The notes under the pieces were generated by a model. That model had not been told where the DNA came from. It was given only the letters and a program-made list of their open reading frames with translations, and did not search any database. From Heptranchias perlo (Eukaryota): 64,000 nucleotides of DNA. A program made the position numbers and the translations under genes. The stretch is taken from positions 12,462,001 to 12,526,000 of the forward strand of contig NC_090336.1 of NCBI RefSeq assembly GCF_035084215.1, given 5' to 3'. The first letter of the stretch is position 1. Every line of letters begins with the position of its first letter. Positions 39,000 to 51,100 of the stretch are shown piece by piece.

Positions 39000-40357
39000 C
39001 AGAGGAAGAGAGGGGAAGGGACAGGGAGAAGAGGGGAAAGAAAGGGGAAGGGACAGGGAGAAGAGGGGAAAGAAAGGGGAAGGGACAGGGAGAAGAGGGG
39101 AAAGAAAGGGGAAGGGACAGGGAGAAGAGGGAAAAGAAAGGGGAAGGGACAGGGAGAAGAGGGGAAAGAAAGGGGAAGGGACAGGGAGAAGAGGGGAAAG
39201 AAAGGGGAAGGGACAGGGAGAAGAGGGGAAAGACAGGGGAAGGGACAGGGAGAAGAGGGGAAAGAAAGGGGAAGGGACAGGGAGAAGAGGGGAAAGACGG
39301 GGAAGGGACAGGGAGAAGAGGGGAAAGAAAGGGGAAGGGACAGGGAGAAGAGGGGAAAGAGAGGGGAAGGGACAGGGAGAAGAGGGGAAAGAAAGGGGAA
39401 GGGACAGGGAGAAGAGGGGAAAGACGGGGAAGGGACAGGGAGAAGAGGGGAAGGGACAGGGAGAAGAGGGGAAGGGACAGGGAGAAGAGGGGAAAGACGG
39501 GGAAGGGACAGGGAGAAGAGGGGAAAGACGGGGAAGGGACAGGGAGAAGAGGGGAAAGAAAGGGGAAGGGACAGGGAGAAGAGGGGAAAGAGAGGGGAAG
39601 GGACAGGGAGAAGAGGGGAAAGACGGGGAAGGGACAGGGAGAAGAGGGGAAAGACGGGGAAGGGACAGGGAGAAGAGGGGAAAGAGAGGGGAAGGGACAG
39701 GGAGAAGAGGGGAAAGAAAGGGGAAGGGACAGGGAGAAGAGGGGAAAGACGGGGAAGGGACAGGGAGAAGAGGGGAAAGAAAGGGGAAGGGACAGGGAGA
39801 AGAGGGGAAAGACGGGGAAGGGACAGGGAGAAGAGGGGAAAGAAAGGGGAAGGGACAGGGAGAAGAGGGGAAAGAAAGGGGAAGGGACAGGGAGAAGAGG
39901 GGAAAGAAAGGGGAAGGGACAGGGAGAAGAGGGGAAAGACGGGGAAGGGACAGGGAGAAGAGGGGAAAGACGGGGAAGGGACAGGGAGAAGAGGGGAAAG
40001 AAAGGGGAAGGGACAGGGAGAAGAGGGGAAAGAAAGGGGAAGGGACAGGGAGAAGAGGGGAAAGAAAGGGGAAGGGACAGGGAGAAGAGGGGAAAGAAAG
40101 GGGAAGGGACAGGGAGAAGAGGGGAAAGACGGGGAAGGGACAGGGAGAAGAGGGGAAAGACGGGGAAGGGACAGGGAGAAGAGGGGAAAGAAAGGGGAAG
40201 GGACAGGGAGAAGAGGGGAAAGACGGGGAAGGGACAGGGAGAAGAGGGGAAAGACGGGGAAGGGACAGGGAGAAGAGGGGAAAGAGAGGGGAAGGGACAG
40301 GGAGAAGAGGGGAAAGAGAGGGGAAGGGACAGGGAGAAGAGGGGAAAGAGAGGGGGA
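39000..40357. repeat. Almost purine-only minisatellite (GGGAAGGGACAGGGAGAAGAGGGGAAAGA(AA/C/GA)G, ~30-32 bp)
   Basis: Tandem units directly visible; essentially no T on the + strand. Confidence 0.98.
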
Positions 40358-40384
40358 AGACGGGGGTGGGGAGTTTGCCAGCTT

Positions 40385-40700
40385 GCTCGGTGTGACGAGC
40401 GCTGTCATTCCCCGCTGGCCCAGCGGGCGGTGCTGCGGCGGGAGGTCGGGGTCCGCGGGCCGCTCTCTGACTCTGACTCTCGGCCGACTTCGCCTTTGTG
40501 GAGATCAGTTCCCGGAAGTGATGGGTGAGGAGACCAAATCATGGTGTGAAAATTACCATTTCCAGCCCAGTGATCCCCGGAGCGGAGCGGGGGAGGAGGA
40601 GGAATCCTGGCCGTGGGCTCAGGTGTGTGATGAGGGCCGCGGCCATCGGTCTCACTGCAAACAGAGAGCCGGCGGGAGAGGGGAGAGGGGAGCGGGAACA
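40385..40700 (+). promoter_or_regulatory. TRAF6: Candidate TRAF6 CpG promoter and non-coding exon 1
   Basis: CpG-dense unique sequence with overlapping TTCCCGGAA (STAT/GAS-like, 40509-40517) and CCGGAAGTG (ETS/GABP, 40512-40520). Plausible donor CAG|GTGTGT at 40622/40623. Assignment to TRAF6 is inferred from position. Confidence 0.6.
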
Positions 40701-40719
40701 CCATCCCAGTCAGTGGAGA

Positions 40720-43700
40720 GGGTGAGGGAGGGAGGGAGTGAGTGTGAGGGAGGGAGGGAGTGAGTGTGAGGGAGGGTGAGGGAGGGAGTGAGTGTGAGGG
40801 AGGGGGACAGGGAGGGAGTGAGTGTGTGTGAGGGAGGGGGACAGGGAGGGAGTGAGTGTGAGTGAGGGAGGGAGAGTGTGAGGGAGGGAGGGAGTGAGTG
40901 TGAGGGAGGGGGACAGGGAGGGAGGGGGACAGGGAGGGAGGGGGACAGGGAGGGAGGGGGACAGGGAGGGAGGGGGACAGGGAGGGAGGGGGACAGGGAG
41001 GGAGGGGGACAGGGAGGGAGGGGGACAGGGAGGGAGTGTGTGTGGGGGAGGGAGTGTGTGTGGGGGAGGGGGGACAGGGAGTGAGTGAGTGTGTGTGAGG
41101 GAGGGGGGACAGGGAGTGAGTGAGTGTGTGTGAGGGAGGGGGGACAGGGAGTGAGTGAGTGTGTGTGAGGGAGGGGGGACAGGGAGTGAGTGAGTGTGTG
41201 TGAGGGAGGGGGGACAGGGAGTGAGTGAGTGTGTGTGAGGGAGGGGGGACAGGGAGTGAGTGAGTGTGTGTGAGGGAGGGGGGACAGGGAGTGAGTGAGT
41301 GTGTGTGAGGGAGGGGGGACAGGGAGTGAGTGAGTGTGTGTGAGGGAGGGGGGACAGGGAGTGAGTGAGTGAGTGTGTGTGAGGGAGGGGGGACAGGGAG
41401 TGAGTGAGTGAGTGTGTGTGAGGGAGGGGGGACAGGGAGTGAGTGAGTGAGTGTGTGTGAGGGAGGGGGGACAGGGAGTGAGTGAGTGTGTGTGAGGGAG
41501 GGGGGACAGGGAGTGAGTGAGTGTGTGTGAGGGAGGGGGGACAGGGAGTGAGTGAGTGTGTGTGAGGGAGGGGGGACAGGGAGTGAGTGAGTGAGTGTGT
41601 GTGAGGGAGGGGGGACAGGGAGTGAGTGAGTGAGTGTGTGTGAGGGAGGGGGGACAGGGAGTGAGTGAGTGAGTGTGTGTGAGGGAGGGGGGACAGGGAG
41701 TGAGTGAGTGAGTGTGTGTGAGGGAGGGGGGACAGGGAGTGAGTGAGTGAGTGTGTGTGAGGGAGGGGGGACAGGGAGTGAGTGAGTGAGTGTGTGTGAG
41801 GGAGGGGGGACAGGGAGTGAGTGAGTGTGTGTGAGGGAGGGGGGACAGGGAGTGAGTGAGTGTGTGTGAGGGAGGGGGGACAGGGAGTGAGTGAGTGTGT
41901 GTGAGGGAGGGGGGACAGGGAGTGAGTGAGTGTGTGTGAGGGAGGGGGGACAGGGAGTGAGTGAGTGAGTGTGTGAGGGAGGGGGGACAGGGAGTGAGTG
42001 AGTGAGTGTGTGTGAGGGAGGGGGGACAGGGAGTGAGTGAGTGAGTGTGTGTGAGGGAGGGGGGACAGGGAGTGAGTGAGTGAGTGTGTGTGAGGGAGGG
42101 GGGACAGGGAGTGAGTGAGTGAGTGTGTGTGAGGGAGGGGGGACAGGGAGTGAGTGAGTGAGTGTGTGTGAGGGAGGGGGGACAGGGAGTGAGTGAGTGA
42201 GTGTGTGTGAGGGAGGGGGGACAGGGAGTGAGTGAGTGAGTGTGTGTGAGGGAGGGGGGACAGGGAGTGAGTGTGTGTGTGTGTGAGGGAGGGGGGACAG
42301 GGAGTGAGTGAGTGTGTGTGTGTGAGGGAGGGGGGACAGGGAGTGAGTGAGTGTGTGTGAGGGAGGGGGGACAGGGAGTGAGTGAGTGTGTGTGAGGGAG
42401 GGGGGACAGGGAGTGAGTGAGTGTGTGTGAGGGAGGGGGGACAGGGAGTGAGTGAGTGTGTGTGAGGGAGGGGGGACAGGGAGTGAGTGAGTGTGTGTGA
42501 GGGAGGGGGGACAGGGAGTGAGTGAGTGTGTGTGAGGGAGGGGGGACAGGGAGTGAGTGAGTGTGTGTGAGGGAGGGGGGACAGGGAGTGAGTGAGTGTG
42601 TGTGAGGGAGGGGGGACAGGGAGTGAGTGAGTGTGTGTGAGGGAGGGGGGACAGGGAGTGAGTGAGTGAGTGTGAGGGAGGGGGGACAGGGAGTGAGTGA
42701 GTGTGTGTGAGGGAGGGGGGACAGGGAGTGAGTGAGTGTGTGTGAGGGAGGGGGGACAGGGAGTGAGTGAGTGTGTGTGAGGGAGGGGGGACAGGGAGTG
42801 AGTGAGTGTGTGTGAGGGAGGGGGGACAGGGAGTGAGTGAGTGTGTGTGAGGGAGGGGGACAGGGAGTGAGTGTGTGTGAGGGAGGGGGGACAGGGAGGG
42901 AGGGAGTGAGTGAGTGTGAGGGAGGGGGACAGGGAGTGAGTGTGTGAGAGAGGGTGAGGGAGGGAGTGTGTGTGAGGGAGGGGGGACAGGGAGTGAGTGA
43001 GTGTGAGAGAGGGAGGGGGACAGGGAGGGAGGGAGTGAGTGTGTGTGAGGGAGGGGGACAGGGAGTGAGTGTGTGTGAGGGAGGGAGGGAGTGAGTGTGT
43101 GTGAGGGAGGGGGACAGGGAGGGAGGGAGTGAGTGTGTGTGAGGGAGGGGGACAGGGAGGGAGGGAGTGAGTGTGTGTGAGGGAGGGGGACAGGGAGGGA
43201 GGGAGTGAGTGTGTGTGAGGGAGGGGGACAGGGAGGGAGGGAGTGAGTGTGTGTGAGGGAGGGGGACAGGGAGGGAGGGAGTGAGTGTGTGTGAGGGAGG
43301 GGGACAGGGAGGGAGGGAGTGAGTGTGTGTGAGGGAGGGGGACAGGGAGGGAGGGAGTGAGTGTGTGTGAGGGAGGGGGACAGGGAGGGAGGGAGTGAGT
43401 GTGTGTGAGGGAGGGGGACAGGGAGGGAGGGAGTGAGTGTGTGTGAGGGAGGGGGACAGGGAGGGAGGGAGTGAGTGTGTGTGAGGGAGGGGGACAGGGA
43501 GGGAGGGAGTGAGTGTGTGTGAGGGAGGGGGACAGGGAGGGAGGGAGTGAGTGTGTGTGAGGGAGGGGGACAGGGAGGGAGGGAGTGAGTGTGTGTGAGG
43601 GAGGGGGACAGGGAGGGAGGGAGTGAGTGTGTGTGAGGGAGGGGGACAGGGAGGGAGGGAGTGAGTGTGTGTGAGGGAGGGGGACAGGGAGGGAGGGAGT

Positions 43701-43885
43701 GAGTGTGTGTGAGGGAGGGGGACAGGGAGGGAGGGAGTGAGTGTGTGTGAGGGAGGGGGACAGGGAGGGGGACAGGGAGGGAGGGAGTGAGTGTGTGTGA
43801 GGGAGGGGGACAGGGAGGGAGGGAGTGAGTGTGTGTGAGGGAGGGGGACAGGGAGGGAGGGAGTGAGTGTGTGTGAGGGAGGTGA
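40720..43885. repeat. G-rich compound minisatellite (GGGACAGGGAGTGAGTGAGTGTGTGTGAGGGAGGG, ~35-39 bp variants)
   Basis: Tandem units directly visible, with block-wise variant switching. Confidence 0.98.
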
Positions 43886-43899
43886 CGGGGAGTGAGTGT

Positions 43900-44135
43900 C
43901 TTCACTGAGAGGGTGGTGAACCTGTGGAATTCTCTCCCACAGAAGGCTGTGGAGGCCAAGTCACTGAATATATTTAAGAAGGAGCTAGATAGATTTCTAC
44001 ACACAAAAGGCATCAAGGGGTATGGGGAGAGAGTGGGAATATGGTATTGAGATCGAGGATCAGCCATGATCATATTGAATGGCGGAGCAGGCTCGAAGGG
44101 CCGAATGGCCTGCTCCTGGTCCTATTTTCTATGTT
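43900..44135 (+). mobile_element. CR1 LINE 3' tail
   Basis: gagggtggtgaacctgtggaattc...ggccgaatggcctgctcc tail. Confidence 0.85.
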
Positions 44136-45079
44136 TCACAGGGTACCAGCGGTGCAGGAACATCATCCCAGTCAGTGGAGAAGGAGAGGGGGAGAGATTA
44201 GGGAGGGAGACTGCGAGGGAGGGAGTGCCAGTGCATGTGAGGGCGGGGGAAGAGGGAGCTTGGGAGCGGGGGAAGGAGGGTGTGAGCGGGAGGGGGTGCG
44301 TGAGAGAGGAGTGGAGTGCATGGGGGATAGGAGGCTGTTTCTTTTGCTTTGTTGTGATATCCTCTCAGCTGAAACAGTAAAACTGTGTGCAGGGCACCTT
44401 CAAAAGAGCCGTGTGGGTATGTGGTTTAAAGGATAAATGCTGAGAGAACGATGTGACCATTCAACTGTCAGGAAAGCAATGGTAAGGGATGTATGGTGCA
44501 GGACGTGAGATTAGACCAGTAGTCAGGGTTTCACTTGATTTATCCTTTTTGGGGAGAGAAACGAAGAGAAAGTTCCCTTGTGACTGCAGTGTCACTACAG
44601 TGTGGTCCATGTAGGGACCGGGTGTAATGTGATGAATGGGAATTTTTTTTCTGCGCTTGACTTAATGTAGGTGGAAAATGTTGCTGAAGTGGTCAGAGTT
44701 TCTGTAATGGCTTCCCCCACCCTAGGGCCCAGTGAGCAGCTGATCCAGATTTTCATCCCTTTTGGCTGTGCTGAATGAACTGGCCTTCACCGGAGAGTCA
44801 GGGGTGCTACAGTGGCCCCGAGGAGGGGAAAAGGTTAGTCGGGGAAGCCGCTCCTGATCACTCCCTGTCAATCTGCCGGAGGGCTCTCTCACCAACGGCT
44901 GCTGTGACTGAATACCCTGCCAAGACCGAGCTGGGGGTCAGCTCACCCATGAATAATGGCCACTTAGGCTGTGCCCTGAAGAGCGGCCAGTGTGTACGGA
45001 GCTGCACCTCCACAAGGGACGGAGGGAATAGATTTGCTTCTACAGGAGGTTGTATCTGTTTACTGTTTGTCTGACTGGT

Positions 45080-45960
45080 TAGAATAACGAACAGTGACGG
45101 ACAGGGAAAGACCTTCTGGTCCATCCAGCCTATCTGTTGTGCATCACGATATATGCACTCCCCACCTGAAGCCATGTGATCTCCTGGCAGAGGCAAGAAA
45201 ACAGATTTAAAAACCCAGGCCAATTAGAGTGAAAAAAATCTGGGAAATTCCTCTCTGACCCCCTTAGGCGATCGAGTCCAGGAGACCACTCTGGCCCTGA
45301 TTAATATTATACAGTATCTACCTTTTGTATGAGATGATCTCCGTCCCATTCAGAAACAGGTCCAGCTCTCGCTTGAAGGAATTCAGCGAGTCAGCGTCCA
45401 CCACACGAGTCGGCAGCCTGTTCCACAGGTCCACTGTTCTCTGGGAAAAGAACCACCTCCTGAGATCTAACCTAGTTCTGACCTTGTACAAATTGTGACC
45501 CCTGGTCGTCCCCTAACATTCAAAACAGAGATTGATAGATTTCTAGATATTAAAGGCATGAAGGGATATGGGGATAGTGCAGGAAAATGGCGTTGAGGTC
45601 GATCATCAGCCATGATCTTGTTGAATGGCGGAGCAGGCTCGAGGGGCCTACTCCTGATCCTATTTCTTGTGTTCTTATGTTGTTCTAACCTATTTAATTG
45701 GAATAAACTCAACTCCAACACAATCTTTTCCCTTCATCATCTTATAAACCCCAATCAAATCACCTCCTAAGTCTACGCTTCTCTAAAGTGTAGAGTCCCT
45801 GCTCTAAATTGTTCTCTTGATAACTAAGATGCTTCAAACTGGGAATTAATTTAGTGGCCCTTCTCTGCATCTTTTTCAAAAGCTTCAATTTCACTCACCA
45901 TGTGAGGAGACCAAAACTGGTCACAGTATTCTAACTGAGGCCTGATCAAGGTCCTATACA
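45080..45960 (-). mobile_element. Old CR1 fragment (-) with a younger CR1 tail (+, ~45515-45680) nested inside
   Basis: Reverse-strand CR1 C-terminal sequence interrupted by a plus-strand tail ending ttcttgtgttcttatg. Confidence 0.7.
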
Positions 45961-46074
45961 AGGAAAAATAGTATGTTTAAATAGTATTGATTGGCTTTGG
46001 GTGACTCCCTTAAGGGTGCTCGAAATGAGCCAATGCATATATTTTAACAACAACTTGCATTTATATAGCGCCTT

Positions 46075-46610
46075 TATGGTTTTGTTACCTCTAGACTCGA
46101 CTATTCCAATGCTCTCCTGGCCGGCCTCGCTCTGTAAACCTGAGCTCATCCAAAACTCTGCTGCCCGTATCCTAACTTGCACCAAGTCCCATTCTCCCAT
46201 CACCCCTGTGCTCGCTGACCTACATTGGCTCCCGGTCCAGCAATGCCACGATTTTAATATTCGTGGCCTCGCCCCTCCCTATCTCTGTAACCTCCTCCAG
46301 CCCTGCTACCCTCTGAGATCTCTGCATTCCTCCAATTCTGGCCCCTTACGCATCCCTGATTTCCTTTGCTCCACCATTGGCGGCCGTGCTGCTTAGGCCC
46401 AAAGGTCTGGAATTCCCTCCCTAAACCCCTCTACCCCTCTCTCCTCCTTTTAAGTCGCTCCTTAAAACTTACCTCTTTGACCAAGCTTTTGGTCACCTGT
46501 CTTAATATCTCCTTATGTGAGTCGGTGTCACATTTTGTCTGATTTATGTCCCTGTGAAGCGCCTTGGGATGTTTTACTATGTTAAAGGCGCTATAAGACA
46601 AGTTGTTGTT
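46075..46610 (+). mobile_element. L2-clade LINE 3' fragment
   Basis: LIQNSAARILT...ITPVLADLHWLPV...STIGGRA and the same tail. Confidence 0.85.
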
Positions 46611-47069
46611 TGTTTGGTATATTCTTGCGTATAAGCATTTTGTGTTACACTTATCTACAGCACTGCTGCTGGTGCCAGCCCTGTCTTCAGTGTGTAAGGT
46701 TAAATTAAAGAGAACGCTTCTGTCGCTGGTAGACCGATTTCAAGAGGTGGGGGGGGGGGGGGGTGGGTGGAAGGCAGAGGAACCAGGAACGCATAGGGCT
46801 GCTGTTGTTTTGAGTGCTCCGCCCGCCCGTACAGTTTTCACCTTGCTGAATTGTGCATTATCTGGTCAGCCACAAAGGAAAGCTGTGATTGCAGCTTTCA
46901 GACCACTGAGGTGCATGTAGTTGGTGTCGTGCAATTCTCCTTCTAAATGGGACACTTGCCACAATGCTGGCGGCCATGTCGGCAGCCCCCACACCTCTGG
47001 TACCCGAAGGGCTACTCCACAGTATAAAGCGTCCCATAAAATGCAGCTGACGGTGGCCTGTTGCACTCC

Positions 47070-47350
47070 TGCCTCTTGAGTCAGAAGGTTGTGGGAAGAA
47101 ACCACGTACCAGGACCTCGGCACGGAATCTAGGCTGACCCTTCGGTGCCGTGCCAAGGAATTGCCTCCCTTTTAGAGAAACCAAGACCCCATCTGCCTGG
47201 TTGAGCGGTTTAGGTGGATGTTAAAAGATTCCCCCAGTATTATTCAAAGAGCAGGGGAGTTCTGGCCAACAATCCTCCTTCAACCTTAAACCAGCGCCAC
47301 CAAAAACAGACTAACTGGTCATTCATCTCACTGTTGCTTGTGGGATCTTT
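47070..47350 (+). mobile_element. Degenerate Deu-domain SINE
   Basis: gagtcagaaggttgtgg...ggtggatgttaaaagattccc...gagcaggggagttc. Confidence 0.6.
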
Positions 47351-47980
47351 ACCCGTTGGAAGTTCCTTTTTAATGGTTCGCTGGTTAAGGCACTAAGTTG
47401 ACAAACCACATAGACCAGGAATGATCTAGGTTCGATCCTTCGTCTGTTGAGTCAGCCTACATAATCACTGCATCTCTAAGTGAAATATTGTAAGTGAAGC
47501 ATTTTTTGACATATTTCTGAACAATATGATGAGGACCTCAGCAGCTCCTGCCCTAGGGAGGGGGGCTGCAGCCAGGCGTTCGTGCTGCTGCTCGTTGTTG
47601 AGCTATCTGTGTGTTGATACTGCGTCTTTGCAACTAAATCTGTATCCAAGTGTGTATGCAACTTATGTAGTGGTGACAGAAAATATACTGATTTTACTGG
47701 CTGATGAAATCGCTCTTTCCCATCTGCAACTCGTCCCTCCTGCTCAAGGTATTCTGTTTGCTTTTGCTGGTCTTGCATGTGGTGGCCTTTGCACCCTGTT
47801 CTCCCTCCCAGTGTCTCTCTCTCAGTCATCTGCTTTGCATCACTTCATTTTTCCGATCCAACGTTTGGGGTGGGGGAGGGGGGAAACGAGTCTCACAACC
47901 AAGGTCTTTACTATTTTAAATTTTCCCCCTAATTCAGTTTGTAACTTGTTTACCGGTTGCAGCTTCCACACTGTATGGGT

Positions 47981-48164
47981 ACCCAGCTCCACGTGTATCA
48001 GTTCATGGTGTATATCCCTTACCCAGCTCCACGTGTATCAGTTCATGGTGTATATCCCTTACCCAGCTCCACGTGTATCAGTTCATGGTGTATATCCCTT
48101 ACCCAGCTCCACGTGTATCAGTTCATGGTGTATATCCCTTACCCAGCTCCATGTGTATCTGTTC
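47981..48164. repeat. 40-bp minisatellite ACCCAGCTCCACGTGTATCAGTTCATGGTGTATATCCCTT, ~4.6 units, continuing after the LINE at 52517-52563
   Basis: Tandem units at 47981, 48021, 48061, 48101 and 48141. Confidence 0.97.
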
Positions 48165-51100
48165 GTGGGTACGGTAGCATAGTGGTTATGTTACTGGACT
48201 AATAATCCAGAGGCCTGGACTAATAATCTGGAGTCATGAGTTCAAATCCCGACGGCAGGACAGACCCACCAGAGTGGCGGTACAGTGAGGAGGGAGTGGC
48301 CCAGGGAGTTCTCAACATTGATTCCGGACCCAATGAAATCTCATGGCATCAGGTCAAACGTGGACAAGGAAACCTCCTGCTGATTACCACCTACCGTCCT
48401 CCCTCAGCTGATGAATCAGTCCTCCTCCATGTTGAGCACCACTTGGAGGAAGCACTGAGGGGTAGCAAGGGCACCGAATGTACTCTGGGTGGGGGACTTC
48501 AATGTCTATCACCAAGAGTGGCTTGGTAGTACCACTACTGACCGAGCTGGCCGAGTCCTGAAGGACATAGCTGCCAGACTGGGCCTGTGGCAGGTGGTAA
48601 GTGAACCAACACGAGGGAAAAACCTACTTGACCTTGTCCTCACCAATCTACCTGTCGCAGATGCTTCTGTCCATGGCAGTATTGGTTGGAGTGACCACCG
48701 CACAGTCCTCGTGGAGATGAAGTCCAGTCTTCGCACTGAGGACACCATCCAACGTGTTGTGTGGCACTATCACCGTGCTAAATGGGATAGATTCAGAACA
48801 GATCTAGCAGCTCAAAACTGGGCATCCATGAGGCACTGTGGGCCATCAGCAGCAGCAGAATTGTATTCCAACACAATCTGTAACCTCATGACCCGGCATA
48901 TTCCTCACTCTACCATTACCAACAAGCCAGGGGATCAACCCTGGTTCAATGAGGAGTGTAGAAGAGCATGCCAGGAGCAACACCAGCAGTACCTAAAAAT
49001 GAGGTGCCAACCTGGTGAAGCTACAACTCAGGACTACATGCATGCTAAACAGCGGAAGCAACGTGTTGTAGACAGAGCTAAGTGATTCCACAACCAACGG
49101 ATCAGATCAAAGCTCTGCAGTCCTCCCACATCCAGTCGTGAATGGTGGTGGACAATTAAATAACTAACTGGAGGAGGAGGCTTTGCAAACATCCCCACCC
49201 TCAATGATGTCGGAGTCCAGCACGTGAGTGCAAAAGACAAGGCTGAAGCGTTTGCAACCATCTTCAGCCAGAAGTGCCGAGTAGATGATCCATCTCGGCC
49301 TCCTCCTGATATCCCCACCATCACAGAAGCCAGTCTTCAGCCAAATCGATGCACCCCACGTGATCTCAAGAAACAGCTGAGTGCACTGGATACAGCAAAG
49401 GCTATGGGCCCCGACAACATCCCGGGTGTAGTGCTGAAGACTTGTGCTCCAGAACTAGCTGCGCCTCTAGCCAAGCTGTTCCAGTACAGCTACAACACAG
49501 GCATCTACCCGACAATGTGGAAAATTGCCCAGGTATGTCCTATCCACAAAAAGCAGGACAAATCCAATCCGGCCAATTACCGGGCGATCAGTCTACTCTC
49601 AATCATCAGCAAAGTGACGGAAGATGTCGTCGACAGTGCTTTCAAGCGGCACTTACTCACCAATAACCTGCTCACCGATGCTCAGTTTGGGTTCCGCCAG
49701 GACCACTTGGCTCCAGACCTCATTACAGCCAAACATGGACAAAAGAGCTGAATTCCAGAGGTGAGGTGAGAGTGACTGCCCTTGACGTCAAGGCAGCATT
49801 TGACCGAGTGTGGCACCAAGGAGCCGTAGTAAAATTGAAGTCAATGGGAATCGGGGAAAACTCTCCAGTGGCTGGAGTCATACCTAGCACAAAGGAAGAT
49901 GGTAGTGGTTGTTGGAGGCCAATCATCACAGCCCCAGGGCATTGCTGCAGGAGTTCCTCAGGGCAGTGTCCTAGACCCCAACCATCTTCAGCTGCTTCAT
50001 CAATGACCTTCCTCCATCATGAGGTCAGAAATGGGGATATTCGCTGATGATTGCACAGTGTTCAGTTCCATTAGCAACCCCTCAGACAATGAAGCAGTCC
50101 GTGCCCGCGTGTGGCAAGACCTGGACAACATCCAGGCTTGGGTTGATAAGTGGCAAGTAACGTTCGTGCCAGGCAACGACCATCTCCAACAAGAGGGAGT
50201 CTAACCACCACCCCTTTACATTCAACGGCATCACCATCAACATCCTGGGGGTCACCATTGACCAGAAACTTAACTGGACCAGCCATATAAATACTGTGGC
50301 TTTTTTTAAATTTGTGGGCATTGCTGGCGAGGCTGGCATTTATTGCCCGTCCCTAATTGCCCTTGAGAAGGTGGTGGTGAGCTGCCGCCTTGAACCGCTG
50401 CAGTCCGTGTGGTGAAGGTTCTCCCACAATGCTGTTAGGAAGGGAGTTCCAGGATTTTGACGCAGCGACAATGAAGGAACGGCGATATATTTCCAAGTCG
50501 GGATGGTGTGTGACTTGGAGGGGAACGTGCAGGTGATATTGTTCCCATGTGCCTGCTGCTCTTGTCCTTCTCGGTGGCAGAGGTCACGGGTTTGGGAGGT
50601 GCTGTCGAAGAAGCCTTGGTGAGTTGCTGCAGTGCGTACTGTGGATGGTACACACTGCAGCCACTGTGCGCCGGTGGTGAAGGGAGTGAATGTTTAGGGT
50701 GGTGGATGGGGTGCCAATCAAGTGGGCTGCTTTGTCCTGGATGGTGTTGAGCTTCTTGAGTGTTGTTGGAGCTGCACTCATCCAAGCAAGTGGAGAGTAT
50801 TCCATCACACTCCTGACTTGTGCCTTGTAGATGGTGGAAAGGCTTTGGGGAGTCAGGAGGTGAGTCACTCGCTGCAGAATACCCAGCCTCTGACCTGCTC
50901 TTGTAGCCACAATATTTATATGGCTGGTCCAGTTAAGTTTCTGGTCAATGGTGACCCCCACGATATTGATGATGGGGGATTCAGCGATGGTAATGCCGTT
51001 GAATGTCAAGGGGAGGTGGTTAGACTCTCTCTTGTTGGAGATGGTCATTGCCTGGCACTTGTCTGGCGCGAATGTTACTTGCCACTTATGAGCCCAAGTC

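Noticed and set aside
38942-44073. Very long ORFs (476-1222 aa)
   Set aside because: Translations of stop-free minisatellites; low complexity in several frames and both strands.
47476-48202. 218-aa ORF 47526-48182 and overlapping ORFs
   Set aside because: No recognisable domain; the 3' third is the 40-bp minisatellite.
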